Shown: positions 38,610 to 50,068, counted from the stretch's first letter. The stretch is DNA of 64,000 nt from Polyangiales bacterium (GCA_964202905.1 CAXNJO010000004.1:96001-160000), one strand, 5' to 3'. Notes: generated by a model from the sequence alone, not told the origin. A program made the numbers and translations.

Positions 38610-39200
38610 TCATGGTTGGGTCACGCGGGCGGCCCCGGGGGCGCGCGGCGCGAGGGGCACTCGGAATTCGCCGCGCACCGTGACGGGCACGCCATCCCGT
38701 ATTGTCGTCTGCGTGAACGTCCCCGAGATCGCGCCGGCGCCGACATCCGGCGGCGAGAAGGCTGTGACGCGCACCTCGCCGCGTCCGCCGCTCAGTACGG
38801 TGCCGTCCGCGAGGCGCGTCTCGACTTGCGCGCCGGGGCACCGCGTCGCGTCGAGGGAGAGCGTGCCCGCTTCACGCACGGCGAGCGTCAGCGCGACCTC
38901 GCGAACGGCCCCCCGCGTCTGGCGCGCGGTCGCCCGGACGCGGAGCGCGCGCGAACAGTCGCCGCGGAGCGCGTCGCCGCCGTCGAGCAGCGCGACGTCG
39001 CGGGAAGAGATCGGCAGGAACGCCCGCCCTGAAAGGCCCCCCTGCGCCTCGATCGCCGTGTATTCGACGCGTACACCGCTGCGCGCGCTCTGCGCATGAA
39101 CGCCCCAGTCGTGCGCGAGGAAGAGGGCGACGACGAGCATGGAGACGAGCGCGCGGAGCGCGGACTGACGCGAGGCCGCGGCGTCGACGAGTCCGCTCAC
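38610..39200 (-). CDS. Hypothetical exported beta-rich protein
   Basis: GTGA overlap with the lysC stop; hydrophobic signal segment; C-terminal ISGTF...VTVRGEF strands. Confidence 0.6.
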   Translation of the reverse strand: MSGLVDAAASRQSALRALVSMLVVALFLAHDWGVHAQSARSGVRVEYTAIEAQGGLSGRAFLPISSRDVALLDGGDALRGDCSRALRVRATARQTRGAVREVALTLAVREAGTLSLDATRCPGAQVETRLADGTVLSGGRGEVRVTAFSPPDVGAGAISGTFTQTTIRDGVPVTVRGEFRVPLAPRAPGAARVTQP

Positions 39201-40381
39201 GCGCGCCCCCCGGGAGAGGTGACGAGCGCCGCGTGCAGGGCGCGCACCGTGTCGTCGGCCTCCTGCTCGGCGACCAGGAAGGCGATCCGCCACGGCGTCG
39301 TCACGGTGCGCTGCGCCGCGACGCGGGCGTCCGAGAGCGCAGCGCACGCGCGCCTGAGCGCGTCGGCGTTCCGGCCCACCGCGTCGCCCACCACCGACAC
39401 CATCGCAAATCCCTCGTCGATGCGCGCCCCAGTTCCGCAGGCCTGCGCGATCGCGTGACGTCCTGCGCTCCAGTCGGGCGTCGCGCCGATCTGCACCAGG
39501 AATTGGGCGCCTTCCGTGGCCGCCTCCACATCGCGCGGGTCGACCTGTGAGCCGATGCAGGCCGAGAGCGCGCGGTCCAGCGCCCCCGCGCTCCCGTCGA
39601 TCGATACGCGCGCGAGCCCCCTCTGCGCGGTGATCGTGCGGGACGCGGAGTGGTCCGCCGTGACGATGCTCTCCCGCCCCACATCGAAGGTCGAGCGCGC
39701 GTGGATGGCGATCTTCGCGCGCCTCGCGAACTCGACGGCCGTCGCGTTGAGCACCTTCGCCCCCGCCTCGGCCATCTCCTGCATCTCCTCGTAGGACAGC
39801 CGCGCGAGGTGCTGCGCGTCGGGCACCACGCGCGGGTCGGCCGTGTAAATGCCGTCCACATCGCTGTAGATCTCCGCGCGCTCGGCGCCGAGCGCTGCTG
39901 CCAGCGCGATCGCCGTCGTGTCGCTGCCGCCCCGGCCGAGCGTCGTGATCTCGCGCCGGTAGCTCATGCCCTGATAGCCCGCGACGATCACGACCCGGCC
40001 CCGCGCAAGCTCATCCTCGATGCGGTGCGGGCGCACCTCGAGGATGCGCGCGTCGAAGTGCCGGTCGTTCGTGATGATCCCGCTCTGCGAGCCTGTGAAC
40101 GAGATCGCGGGCGCGCCGCGCTTCTGGATGGCCATCGAGAGGAGCGCCATCGACACGCGCTCGCCGGTGCTGAGAAGCATGTCGAGCTCTCGACGCGGAG
40201 GGCTCTCGTCGACCTGCTTCGCCAGTGCGAGGAGTTGATCCGTCGACTTCCCCATCGCGGAGACCACGACGACCACGTCGTCCCCCGCGCTTCGCGCTGC
40301 GACGACCTTGTCCGCGACGCGCCCGAGTTTCTCGACGTCGGCGACGGAACTACCTCCGTACTTCTGCACCACGATGGCCAT
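39197..40381 (-). CDS. lysC: Aspartate kinase
   Basis: [41 protein letters not shown]-terminal ACT-like region. Confidence 0.95.
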   Translation of the reverse strand: MAIVVQKYGGSSVADVEKLGRVADKVVAARSAGDDVVVVVSAMGKSTDQLLALAKQVDESPPRRELDMLLSTGERVSMALLSMAIQKRGAPAISFTGSQSGIITNDRHFDARILEVRPHRIEDELARGRVVIVAGYQGMSYRREITTLGRGGSDTTAIALAAALGAERAEIYSDVDGIYTADPRVVPDAQHLARLSYEEMQEMAEAGAKVLNATAVEFARRAKIAIHARSTFDVGRESIVTADHSASRTITAQRGLARVSIDGSAGALDRALSACIGSQVDPRDVEAATEGAQFLVQIGATPDWSAGRHAIAQACGTGARIDEGFAMVSVVGDAVGRNADALRRACAALSDARVAAQRTVTTPWRIAFLVAEQEADDTVRALHAALVTSPGGRA

Positions 40382-40462
40382 GTCCCGAGCCTCCCACCGA
40401 TGCGGGCCATCCCGGCCCTCGCCTCTGCGTCAGCGCTCACCGGACGCGCGCCCTCATCCAAC

Positions 40463-41872
40463 TCACTCGGCTGCGCTGGAAGCCGCCGCCGCAGGTGCCG
40501 CGCTGCGGGCCGGAGCCTGCTCGTCCAATTGTGTGCGTGCTAGTCGCGCGCGCGCCGCGTACGTGGGCGAGCGTTCGGCTCGCGCCAGCCAGGAGCGCGC
40601 CCGCGTGGGATCCCCAACCCGTCGGTAGAGTTCGGCAAGCTCGAGCATCGCCTCCGGGGCTCGGTCGTACGAGGGGTGCCCCGACAACAGGGCCTCGTAG
40701 CCCGCGATGGCCGGCCGAATCGCGCCCGCGCGAGATTGACCTCGCGCTGCTGCGTGGAGCGCCGCCGGCGTCGTCGTGGACGGTGCAGGCGCTGCGGCCG
40801 GAACGGGCGCCGACGGGCTTGCCGATGTCGCGCTCGGCATCGCGCCGACGCCAGAGGGCGCAAGACGCGCCGGCGACACCGCGCGCCGCGAGGCCACCTC
40901 GGTGTCGAGCCGGGCCATCGGTGCCGCCGCCTCGCGGTCGAGGGCGGGCGTGGTCTGAGCGACGGGAGACGGGGCCGGGATGCCCGCCGAAGCGGAGTCG
41001 CTTGCCCGCGTGCGTACACCGCCGACCCCTTCGGTCGCGTCGGCGCGCTCCTCAGCCGCCGCGAGCGCCCCGGCGCCCCCCCCGCCGAGGGCGTCGGGGA
41101 GGGAGGGCTCCGCGCGCAGCGAGACCACAGAACGTGAGGCCTCCTGCGCGAGCGCGGCGGTCAGCTCGTCGTTGGCGTCCGGCGGGGGCAGGGCCGGAGC
41201 CGCCGTCACCGCGCCCGGGATGAGTGCCACCGCCGGTGGAGCCGCCGGGAGCAGCGCGGCGAGCGTATCTTCGACGGCCATTGCGCCGGTCGAAGCGGGC
41301 CGCGCCGGCGTTCTCTCCGGCATGACCTCGGCGGCGGGCTGGAGCCGATTCGTCCGGGCATCGATCCGCAAATCAAGCGGTGCCGCGGGCTCGAGCGCCG
41401 CTGACGGTCCTGCCTCATCCCCCGGATCCGCGTTCACGATCGCCCCGCCCGGCACCTGCGGGGACTGTCGAATCCCCGGCAGATAATAGAGGCCCACCCC
41501 GACCATCAACATCAGCACCATGGCCATGGCCACCTGTGGCCCGAGCACGAAGCCGGAGAGCCAGGCCATGAAGCGCGAGAACCCGTTCGACGCCTCGGCC
41601 CCCGGCGCCTGCGTGCCACCCACCGCGCCGACCTGCCGCGCCGCAGGCGCTCGGCCCGCGCGGACCCGAGCCATCACCGCGTCATGCACGTGTCGAGGCA
41701 CCGCCTCGACGGGCAACGCCTTTGCGAGCCGCATCCCGCCACTGATCCGCGCTGCCTGGGCGCGGCACGCTGCGCAGCCATCGACGTGCGCGCGCAGCGG
41801 GGCCGCGGCGTCCGCTTGCAGCGAACCACCGACCAGATCGAGGAGCTGGGACTGGACGATCTCGCAGTTCAT
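40463..41872 (-). CDS. ZAS anti-sigma factor with TM, disordered linker and C-terminal TPR
   Basis: MNC...HVDGCAAC zinc motif, TM, Pro/Ala-rich linker, TPR (AIAGYEALLSGHPSYDRAPEAMLELAELY); follows the ECF sigma gene. Confidence 0.78.
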   Translation of the reverse strand: MNCEIVQSQLLDLVGGSLQADAAAPLRAHVDGCAACRAQAARISGGMRLAKALPVEAVPRHVHDAVMARVRAGRAPAARQVGAVGGTQAPGAEASNGFSRFMAWLSGFVLGPQVAMAMVLMLMVGVGLYYLPGIRQSPQVPGGAIVNADPGDEAGPSAALEPAAPLDLRIDARTNRLQPAAEVMPERTPARPASTGAMAVEDTLAALLPAAPPAVALIPGAVTAAPALPPPDANDELTAALAQEASRSVVSLRAEPSLPDALGGGGAGALAAAEERADATEGVGGVRTRASDSASAGIPAPSPVAQTTPALDREAAAPMARLDTEVASRRAVSPARLAPSGVGAMPSATSASPSAPVPAAAPAPSTTTPAALHAAARGQSRAGAIRPAIAGYEALLSGHPSYDRAPEAMLELAELYRRVGDPTRARSWLARAERSPTYAARARLARTQLDEQAPARSAAPAAAASSAAE

Positions 41873-41923
41873 GACGACTTCTCACGGCCTGCGGCGGAAA
41901 GGCTGCCGCGACGCCATCGACCT

Positions 41924-42541
41924 CTATTCTTCCAGCTCAGCGACATAGTCCGCGTACTCGGCGAGCGCCTCCTGGAGACGCTCGAGCGCATACCGCATGC
42001 GACTCTTCACGGTGTTCTCCGGCACGCCCACGATCACGGCGATCTCCTTGAAGGGCATATGCTGCAACTCCCGCAGCAGGAACACCTCCCGCTGCTCGTC
42101 GGGCAAGGCCTCGACCGCCGCCGCGATGCGCGGTCGCAACTCCAGCGCGATCGTCGACCGGTCGGCCCCCGCGACGTGCCCCTCGGTGCGCTCGACCAGA
42201 GACGGGCCCTCGCCGTCCTCCCCGACCGTCGTCGCGTCGAGCGATTTGTGCCGTCGGAAGACCATCTTGCGGCTCTCGTCGATGCAGAGATTCCGCGCGA
42301 TGGTGTAGAGCCAGGTCGAGAACTTCGACTCTCCCTTGAACTCCCCGGCCCGCTCGACGACACGCAGGAAGGCATCCTGCAGCAACTCCTCCGACCGTGT
42401 CCGCTCGCCCACCTGACGCAGGATGAAGTTGAAAAGAGGCCGCTCGTAGCGGCTGAGCAACATCTCGAAGGCCTCCGCGTCCCCGGAACCGAACTGCCGC
42501 AGAAGCGTCTCGTCGGGCAGGTCGGATGCGCCCCGAGCCAC
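41924..42541 (-). CDS. ECF RNA polymerase sigma factor
   Basis: EELLQDAFLRV...SKFSTWLYTIARNLCID; LPDEQREVFLLRE..MPFKEIA..VGVPENTVKSRMRYA. Confidence 0.93.
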   Translation of the reverse strand: MARGASDLPDETLLRQFGSGDAEAFEMLLSRYERPLFNFILRQVGERTRSEELLQDAFLRVVERAGEFKGESKFSTWLYTIARNLCIDESRKMVFRRHKSLDATTVGEDGEGPSLVERTEGHVAGADRSTIALELRPRIAAAVEALPDEQREVFLLRELQHMPFKEIAVIVGVPENTVKSRMRYALERLQEALAEYADYVAELEE

Positions 42542-42760
42542 GTTCACGCCTCCCGGTAGCGCGGAACGCAATGTCCGACGCGAGGCAGAGAACCGATGCG
42601 GCGAGGTGCACGGGCGGTTCGACGCGCGACGGGGGACGTCGATCTGATGCGCTGCCTCCTCGGACGCATGGACCGCGCGAGTCTACCGGAACCGGTGTCG
42701 ACTGTCCCCGATTCCGATGGGACGCGCAGCGTCTCGTTCCCGCACCCCGGACGGCATGCG

Positions 42761-42789
42761 TTGACCGTCGCGGAGCGCCTTGCTATACC
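42761..42789 (+). promoter_or_regulatory. Putative sigma70 promoter of the Glt-like operon
   Basis: TTGACC-17 nt-TATACC with extended -10 TG. Confidence 0.65.
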
Positions 42790-42906
42790 CGGCGGCGATT
42801 CCAGTCGGGCGTGGGTCGGGCCCGCAGTCGCGGCCCTCGTCCATCAGGGGCCTCCCTGCCGGACACCCAGCCCTCAGCAGCCAAATCGTTCGGAAGGGGA
42901 GACTCC

Positions 42907-43671
42907 ATGCGCAGGGTGATGGCGCTGTCGTTGACGGTCGCGCTCATGACAGTCGCCGCGGGCAGTGCCGCGGCGCAGGATTTAAGGCCCGACACGACCA
43001 CCGGTCCGGTCACTGGAACGACGGAGACCTCCCCCCCCGCACCGGGTTCGTCCCCCGCGGCGGAGGCCGCGGCGACTCCGATGGACGCCGGGACGTACGC
43101 CGTCCGACTGCGTGATCTCGAGCAGCGAATCAACGAGTTGAAGGAGCAGATCTTCCGCTCGAAAGCTCGCTTGTCGTTGCTCGCCGAGACGGTGCTCAGC
43201 GGCACGATCGCCGGCGCTCAAGCGACCCTCGTCCACGAGAACCGCATGTCGTCGTCGTACAAGCTCGTGAAGGCGGTGTACGCCCTCGACGGCGCGCCAA
43301 TCTTCAACAAGGCCGACGAAAACGGCGAGCTTGGCGAGCGCGAGACCTTCGACATCTACAACGGTGCGATCGTCCCCGGCGAGCACACGCTCACCGTGAA
43401 CCTCGAGTACCGCGGCCACGGCTACGGAATCTTCTCGTATCTTCAAGGCTACCGTTTCAAGGTCCGCTCCAACTACAGCTTCACGGCCCCTGAGGGGCGC
43501 GGCGTCACGATTCGCGTGGTCGGGTACGAGAAGGGTGGCCCCACGGCTCCCCTCGAGGAGCGTCCCGCCATTCGCTACATCGAGCGCGTCGTGAACCGGG
43601 GTGCAGCGGCAGACAGCGAGGGGGCCGCCTCTCCGAGCACGCCTCCCGCGAGCGGCGGGGGCAACCCGTGA
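42907..43671 (+). CDS. Exported coiled-coil + Ig-like beta-domain protein, first gene of the Glt-like operon
   Basis: Signal peptide, coiled coil LRDLEQRINELKEQIFRSKARL, beta domain (IVPGEHTLTVNLEYRGHG); GGAG RBS. Confidence 0.8.
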   Translation: MRRVMALSLTVALMTVAAGSAAAQDLRPDTTTGPVTGTTETSPPAPGSSPAAEAAATPMDAGTYAVRLRDLEQRINELKEQIFRSKARLSLLAETVLSGTIAGAQATLVHENRMSSSYKLVKAVYALDGAPIFNKADENGELGERETFDIYNGAIVPGEHTLTVNLEYRGHGYGIFSYLQGYRFKVRSNYSFTAPEGRGVTIRVVGYEKGGPTAPLEERPAIRYIERVVNRGAAADSEGAASPSTPPASGGGNP

Positions 43672-46088
43672 TTCGGCCGCAGCAGCCACGCAAGCGGCTG
43701 CTCTCGACTGGGCTCACCGCGCTCCTCGCCACCCACACCGCTCTCGCGGGCGCGGTGTCGGGCGCAAGCCCGGCGCGAGCGCAGGACCTGGCAGCGATCA
43801 CCCGCCAGGTCACCCAGCTCGAAGCAGACGCACGCAATCTCTCCGCGATGCCCGTGCGGCGTAGCAGCCTGCGCGGGCCGACCTACGTCGAGGAGCGCCT
43901 CACCGACGGTGAGCTTTTCTACCGGCTCCACGACTACACGCGCGCCGCCATCATCTTCACCGACATCGTCGACAGCCACCCGCGACATCGGGCCTTTCCC
44001 GATGCGCTGTTCCTGCTCGCCGACTCGCTCTTTCGCGCCGGGGACGTCCTCGGCGCGAGGACGCGCTTCCGTCAGATCATCGACCGCGCTGACCAGCAGC
44101 CATTTCGTCCGTACGTCCAGCGAGCGCTCGGTCGCCTCATCGAAGTCGCCATCCAGACCCGGGACTTCGAGGGTGTGGAAGAACTCTTCCAGCGGATGAG
44201 TCGACTGCCCCCCTCGGAAATCGAGGCGGCGACGCAGTACTTCCGGGCCAAGTACCTCTACAACCGAGCCGTCCCCACGGACGAGGTGATGCGCGATGTG
44301 GCGGGCGCGACGAGCGTGCCGCAGGTCGATCAATCCGTTTTGGACGAAGCCCGGCAGGCCTTCGAGGCCGTTCAGGAGCGCAGCCCCTACTACCTTCAGG
44401 CGCGTTACTTCGTCGGCGTCATCTACACGCTCAAGGGTGAGTACCCTCAAGCGATTGACGCCTTCCGGAGGGTCCTTCGCGGCGCCGCGACGACACCCGA
44501 GCAGGAGGAGATCGTCGTCCTCACGCACGTCGCGCTCGGGCGACTCTTCTACGAAACCGATCGACTCGAGCAAGCCGTCGAGTCCTATCAGCAGGTTCCC
44601 CGCTCCTCGCCCCATTTCGACGTCGCGCTCTACGAGATCGCGTGGGTGCACATCCGGCAGGGCGATTCGACGCAAGCCGAACGCGCGCTCGAGGTCCTCA
44701 CCGTCGCGGCCCCTGACAGCCGCTTCATCCCTGACGGGAAGATCCTCCGGGGAAACCTCTTGCTTCGCAACGGACGCTTTGCCGACGCCAATACGGTGTT
44801 CCGCGAGGTCGCCCAGCAGTTTGGTCCCGTCCGACGTGAACTCGACGCGATGATCGCCACGCACGACGACCCGCGTGAACATTTCCGCGACCTCGTTCGC
44901 CGGAACATGGACAACTTCGACGCCAACGCGTTCCTTCCGCCCCTCGCCATCCGCTGGGCGCGGACCGAGGGCGACATGGACCGCGCGCTGGCGGTGCTCT
45001 CCGACCTCGGCGAGTGCCGCGCGCTCGTGCGCGATACGACCGCCCTGATCGGGCGACTGAACGCCGTGCTCAATTCGCCGAACCGCATCAGCGCGTTCGC
45101 CGACTTGACCGAGCAGCGACAATTGTCGATCTCCCAGCGCAACAAGGTCGCGCGCATTCGCCGTCAACTCATCGCGGCCGATGCGGTCGGCTCGGCCTCC
45201 GGGGAACTTGCCGAGGTGCGCGCCGAACGTCGGCGCGTCGAGGCACTCCTCGAGAACCTGCCGACGTCGGGCGAGGATTTCGAAGCCCGAAGCGAGCGCC
45301 TACTCAATCGCTACCGCGATCTCGACCGCGAGGCGCGCAACCTCGAGGTCGAACTCATGGGCATGGAAGCGCGGATTACCGCCACGATGCGCTATACGGC
45401 GGACACCGCGTCGGCCCGCGGTGACGCTGCGGGCGCGCAGGCTCTCGCGACTGAGCTACGCACGCAGCAGGAGGCGGTGACGGCGTATCGGGCCCAACTC
45501 GGTGAGGTGCACACGTTGATCGAGCGCGCGCGCCTCCAGGTCGGCATCGGGGACGAGCGGTACGCCCGCGATGGTCGCACCCGCGACGACTACGCCCGCC
45601 TTGTCGCCCGCGAGCGTGAGTTGCTGCGCCAGTCGGGAGCGGGAAACCGCGTGGCTCAAACCGAAGGGGTGTTTGCGAGGCTTGCGCGCATCGACGAAGT
45701 GCTCGACGGGAAGGACCGCGTGATCGATGACGTGGTCGACGAGCGCACCGCGGAGATCCGCGCCGTGATCGACGAGGAAACCCTCAAGGTCGACGGCTAC
45801 CGGAACCAGATGGCGGCCCTCGAGGGCGAGACCGTGGATGTGGTCGGCGAAGTGACGCTGGCCAACTTCACGCAGGTTCGGCAGCGGTTCTACGACCTGG
45901 TCCTGCGAGCGGACGTGGGACGCGTCGACATTGCCTGGGCGCAGCGTGAAGAGCACCGCGCTCGGATCGAGATGCTGACGCGTGAGCGCACGCGTGACAT
46001 GCAAGCGCTCGACGACGAGTTCCGCGACATCATGGACGAGGGGGGCACGTCCGCCGACGATGCTGCTCCGGCAGGGGGAGCACAGTGA
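43668..46088 (+). CDS. Exported TPR + coiled-coil protein (GltC-like)
   Basis: Signal peptide, many TPRs, long C-terminal coiled coil ending ADVGRVDIAW; GTGA-coupled. Confidence 0.75.
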   Translation: MIRPQQPRKRLLSTGLTALLATHTALAGAVSGASPARAQDLAAITRQVTQLEADARNLSAMPVRRSSLRGPTYVEERLTDGELFYRLHDYTRAAIIFTDIVDSHPRHRAFPDALFLLADSLFRAGDVLGARTRFRQIIDRADQQPFRPYVQRALGRLIEVAIQTRDFEGVEELFQRMSRLPPSEIEAATQYFRAKYLYNRAVPTDEVMRDVAGATSVPQVDQSVLDEARQAFEAVQERSPYYLQARYFVGVIYTLKGEYPQAIDAFRRVLRGAATTPEQEEIVVLTHVALGRLFYETDRLEQAVESYQQVPRSSPHFDVALYEIAWVHIRQGDSTQAERALEVLTVAAPDSRFIPDGKILRGNLLLRNGRFADANTVFREVAQQFGPVRRELDAMIATHDDPREHFRDLVRRNMDNFDANAFLPPLAIRWARTEGDMDRALAVLSDLGECRALVRDTTALIGRLNAVLNSPNRISAFADLTEQRQLSISQRNKVARIRRQLIAADAVGSASGELAEVRAERRRVEALLENLPTSGEDFEARSERLLNRYRDLDREARNLEVELMGMEARITATMRYTADTASARGDAAGAQALATELRTQQEAVTAYRAQLGEVHTLIERARLQVGIGDERYARDGRTRDDYARLVARERELLRQSGAGNRVAQTEGVFARLARIDEVLDGKDRVIDDVVDERTAEIRAVIDEETLKVDGYRNQMAALEGETVDVVGEVTLANFTQVRQRFYDLVLRADVGRVDIAWAQREEHRARIEMLTRERTRDMQALDDEFRDIMDEGGTSADDAAPAGGAQ

Positions 46089-49000
46089 ACGTGCTTGGAA
46101 CGCGAGCATCGCGGTCTGTCGCGCTGGGCGCGTGCGTCTGGCTTCTGGCCTCCGCGGCGCGTCCAGTACTCGCTCAAGACGTCGCGGACGCCGGTCCGGC
46201 AACGGTTCCAACCGCCTCGCAAGACTCCGCGGGCCTCGACGCTTCGACCGGCACAGACGGCGACGGTGCGGTGGAGGACGGCGGTCAGGTTCCTTGGGCC
46301 GCAGCATCGGACGTACCCGGCGCGCTTCCGGAGTTCCTGAACACGACCGACCGTCGCATTCAAGACGACCGGCCGGCACCCACTGCGGAGCAGGTCAACG
46401 CTCTCCGCGAGATGGAAGCCGAGGTTGGCCGTTTCGGCCTCGCCGGAACCGCTTACCGCGACGCCGTGGTCTCGATCGTTCGGCGTGAATACCTGCGGCA
46501 GCGTCGCGCTCGCGACGACGGCTACGCGCGCCAGATCCGGGAAGAGGAGCGACTCCAAAACGAGGCCCGCGACCGCGCGATCCGCCTGTTCGAGCGGTTC
46601 ATCGCCAACTACCCCGACGACCCGACCTACACGCCGGACGCCATGTTCCGGCTCGGCGAGCTCTACTACGAGCGCAGTGCGCTTCAGTTCCAGGCGGCGG
46701 TCGAAGCCGCCAACGCGCAGCGGGATGCTGCGCAGGCCTCCGGAGCCTCAGGGGACGAGATACCCGACCCCTCCAAGGATTTCAGCCCCACGATCGACCT
46801 CTATCGTCGTTTGGCGTCCAATTTCCCCGTCTACCGACGTATTGACGGCGTCTACTACCTGATTGGCTACTGCTTGGGCGAGATGAACCAGCCTGAGGAA
46901 GCGCGCCGCGCCTTCCTCGCGCTGGCCTGCTCGAATCACTTCTCCTTCTCTGGAGCGCCCTCGAGCCATGGGGCATCCGTGGAGGAGGAGGTCGATGGCG
47001 GCGCGCGTCATCCCTCCGAGACGCTCGATCGGGTCCCCGAACCCGCTGCCGACGAGGGGCCCTACGTCGATCCGTACGCCGGCTGCACGCCCATCTCCCC
47101 CCAGACGGAATTCCTCGGCGAAGTGTGGCTCCGCGTCGGGGAATATCACTTCGACAACGACTTCGGGCAGCACGGCCTCGATCGCGCAATCAGCGCGTAT
47201 TCGTACGTGCTCCGGTTGCCGGAAGACCGGAATTACAACCTCGCGCTCTACAAGATGGCGTGGTCGTTTTACCGGGCGAGCCGCTACCCTGAAGCGCTCA
47301 AGAACTTCGCCGACCTCGTGCAGTGGTCGGACGATGAGCAAGCCCGGACCGGGCGCGCGGGAACCGAGCTCCGCGGAGAGGCGATCCAGTACATCGCGAT
47401 CACGTTTGCGTATGACGACTGGAACGAGAACCAGACGCCCGACCCCACGGAGGGCCAGCCTACGGGCTTCATGCGCGTCCAGGATCCGCAACTCCTCCCG
47501 CAAGACCGGCCCTGGACTGAAGATGTGTTCTTCCAGCTCGGTCAGGTTTACTTCGACGAGGCCAAGTATCTGCAGGCCATCGAAGTTTGGAAGCATCTGC
47601 TCCTGAAGTGGCCGCGCAGCGCACGGGCTCCCGAGGTCACCAACCTGATCGCGCGCGCCTACGCGCGGAACAATGACCAAGAGCGCGAGCGTGAAATGCT
47701 TCGCCAGCTCGTCAACTACGGCGTAGGTACCGACTGGTACAACAGCAACACCGAGCACCCCGCGGAGCAGCGCCAGGCGGAGCAATTGGCCGAGTTCGCC
47801 GTCATTCGCGCGGCGCTGCAGGACCACGCTGAAGCGCAGCGGCTTCGTTCGCAGTGCGTGACGAACCGTGATCCGGCGTTGTGTCGCGCCGCGCAAGAGA
47901 AGTACAGACTCGCGGCGGCAGGCTACCGTGCCTACATCGAGCGATACCCGAACAATCCGCAGGCCTACGAGCTCAATTACAACCTCGCGGACACCCTCTA
48001 TTGGTCGGAGGACTACGAGAGCGCTGCGCGTGAGTACGCGACGGTCCGGGATTCGAACCTCGACGACACGCATTTGTCGGAGGCCGCGCGCCGCGTCGTC
48101 GAATCGCTCAAGCGGCTCCTCGATGCTGCCGAAGCCAACCGGCAGGTCGAATTGCGGACCGAGCCTCCCGCACCTGCGGGTGCCCCGCCGGTGGTAACTC
48201 CCACCGCGATGCCTCCCCTCGTTCAGCGGCTCGCGCAAGCCCGCGAGATCTATCTTGCGCGAATCGACCCCCGCGCTGATCGCGAGCAGGTCCGCGACTC
48301 GTACGACTACAACAACACACTCTTGTTGTATGCCTACGGGTACTGGCCGCAGGCCCGCGAGCGGTTCACGCGCATCTTCGAAGAGCGCTGCGCCGGCCCC
48401 AACGCGAACGAGACCGGGCGCGTGTCGTGGATCAACCTCCGCAATATGGCCGTTGCACTTCAACAACCCGAGGAAGCGGAGCGGTTGTCCCAACTCCTGC
48501 TTGAGCGGCGCTGTACGTTCGCGTCGGACGGGACAGCCCCGGCCGCCAATGCCAACCTCGATTGCGCCCAGGCAGAGAACCGCGACGACCCGGTGTGCAT
48601 CGCGCAGGGTACCCTGCAGGCTGGGCAGTACCGCGTCGCCGTCAGCACCTTCAACCAGGCGCAGGGGGCCGCGGCCGGGGCTGAGCAGACGGCGCTGTAC
48701 GAACGCGCGGCGTCTCTCTTCGTCCGCGCGGTGAACAATGCGCCGAATGACCCGCAAGCCCCCATCGCGCTGGAGCAGGCCGCCATCGCCCTCCAGCGGA
48801 CGAACCGCTTTGAGAGCGCGGGGCGCATCTACCAGCGGATCATCGACGAGGTCGCAGCGCGACGCGGCGAGACCCCAGACGAGCAGGCTCGACTCGACCG
48901 AATCGTCTCCAATGCGTATTTCCAACTCGCGTACAGCGCGGGCCGGAACTTCGACTACGACCGCGCCATCACGAACTACCGTGTGCTCGCCGACTCCCCA

Positions 49001-50068
49001 CGCTTCGCCGCCAACACCGAGGCGAGCATGGTCGAGCGGCGTGAGAGCGCGTTGGTCAACGTCGCGAACATCCTCGAGTTCCAGCAGCAGTACTCGCAGG
49101 CCGCGGCTTACTGGCGACGGGTCGCGGACACGTCGCGGGACCCGCAGACCCAGCTCAATGCGGCGTACCGCGTCGCGGAGATGAGCTACAAGCAGCGGAA
49201 CTGGGCCAACACGACCCGTGACATGCGCGCGTTCATGGACCGCTTCCGGTCGAATAGCGCTGCGGGCGAGCTCAACGTCCAAGCAGCATGGCGCATCGTC
49301 GAAGCGCGGCGCGCGCAGAATAACGCTCGCGAGGTCCGCTCGGCGCTCGAGGTGGTGGTCGACACGTTTGCGCGGTCGGGGCAACAACCGGGTTCGCTCG
49401 CCGCGGAGTACGCGGCTCAGGCGAAGTTCGAGCTGGTCGACGGGGGTATTGCCTCCTTCGAGTCGTTCGCGATCGTTCCGGGCCGTCCGGCCACGCTCGC
49501 CGCCTACGTCAGCAGTCTCGTCGAACAGATTGCCGTGGGTTCCCGTCAGGCGACCAGCCTTGCGGCCGGCTACAACCCGGTGCCGGGCTACGGCCGCCCC
49601 GTGTGGACCATCGCGGCCCAGGTTCGCCAGGGCCGCCTCTATGAACTCCTTGCGCGCGCGGTTCAGGCCGCGGCGACGAACTTCGTTACCCCTGACGATC
49701 TTCAACGTCAGACGCGGGGGATGTCGGAAGAGCAGCGCGACAGCGTCCGCGCGACGGTGTCCGACCGGATTCGGCAAACCCTCGACGCGCAGACTCTGCC
49801 CATCGAATGCCTTGCCGTGCAGCGTTACGCGCTGGCCGCGCGCGCGGCACGGCTATCCAACACGGACAACGACTTCACGAGGCTCGCCATCGATCGACTG
49901 AACGCGTACGGCGACGAACGCATCGTGGAGTGCGTCGCGCAGGAGAACGCGACTGATCCGAGCTTCGCGCTCGCCACCCCGAACGAGTTCGCGCGTGCGC
50001 CACGCGGACAAAATCTCGATGTCCGTCCGGACATCGCCCCGCCCTCGCTCGCTCCGGAGGACCAGTGA
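46085..50068 (+). CDS. Large exported TPR protein (GltD/AgmU-like)
   Basis: 1327 aa, signal peptide, TPRs (TPDAMFRLGELYYE, ALYKMAWSFY, ELRGEAIQY); position before GltE/F/G-like genes. Confidence 0.78.
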   Translation: MNVLGTRASRSVALGACVWLLASAARPVLAQDVADAGPATVPTASQDSAGLDASTGTDGDGAVEDGGQVPWAAASDVPGALPEFLNTTDRRIQDDRPAPTAEQVNALREMEAEVGRFGLAGTAYRDAVVSIVRREYLRQRRARDDGYARQIREEERLQNEARDRAIRLFERFIANYPDDPTYTPDAMFRLGELYYERSALQFQAAVEAANAQRDAAQASGASGDEIPDPSKDFSPTIDLYRRLASNFPVYRRIDGVYYLIGYCLGEMNQPEEARRAFLALACSNHFSFSGAPSSHGASVEEEVDGGARHPSETLDRVPEPAADEGPYVDPYAGCTPISPQTEFLGEVWLRVGEYHFDNDFGQHGLDRAISAYSYVLRLPEDRNYNLALYKMAWSFYRASRYPEALKNFADLVQWSDDEQARTGRAGTELRGEAIQYIAITFAYDDWNENQTPDPTEGQPTGFMRVQDPQLLPQDRPWTEDVFFQLGQVYFDEAKYLQAIEVWKHLLLKWPRSARAPEVTNLIARAYARNNDQEREREMLRQLVNYGVGTDWYNSNTEHPAEQRQAEQLAEFAVIRAALQDHAEAQRLRSQCVTNRDPALCRAAQEKYRLAAAGYRAYIERYPNNPQAYELNYNLADTLYWSEDYESAAREYATVRDSNLDDTHLSEAARRVVESLKRLLDAAEANRQVELRTEPPAPAGAPPVVTPTAMPPLVQRLAQAREIYLARIDPRADREQVRDSYDYNNTLLLYAYGYWPQARERFTRIFEERCAGPNANETGRVSWINLRNMAVALQQPEEAERLSQLLLERRCTFASDGTAPAANANLDCAQAENRDDPVCIAQGTLQAGQYRVAVSTFNQAQGAAAGAEQTALYERAASLFVRAVNNAPNDPQAPIALEQAAIALQRTNRFESAGRIYQRIIDEVAARRGETPDEQARLDRIVSNAYFQLAYSAGRNFDYDRAITNYRVLADSPRFAANTEASMVERRESALVNVANILEFQQQYSQAAAYWRRVADTSRDPQTQLNAAYRVAEMSYKQRNWANTTRDMRAFMDRFRSNSAAGELNVQAAWRIVEARRAQNNAREVRSALEVVVDTFARSGQQPGSLAAEYAAQAKFELVDGGIASFESFAIVPGRPATLAAYVSSLVEQIAVGSRQATSLAAGYNPVPGYGRPVWTIAAQVRQGRLYELLARAVQAAATNFVTPDDLQRQTRGMSEEQRDSVRATVSDRIRQTLDAQTLPIECLAVQRYALAARAARLSNTDNDFTRLAIDRLNAYGDERIVECVAQENATDPSFALATPNEFARAPRGQNLDVRPDIAPPSLAPEDQ

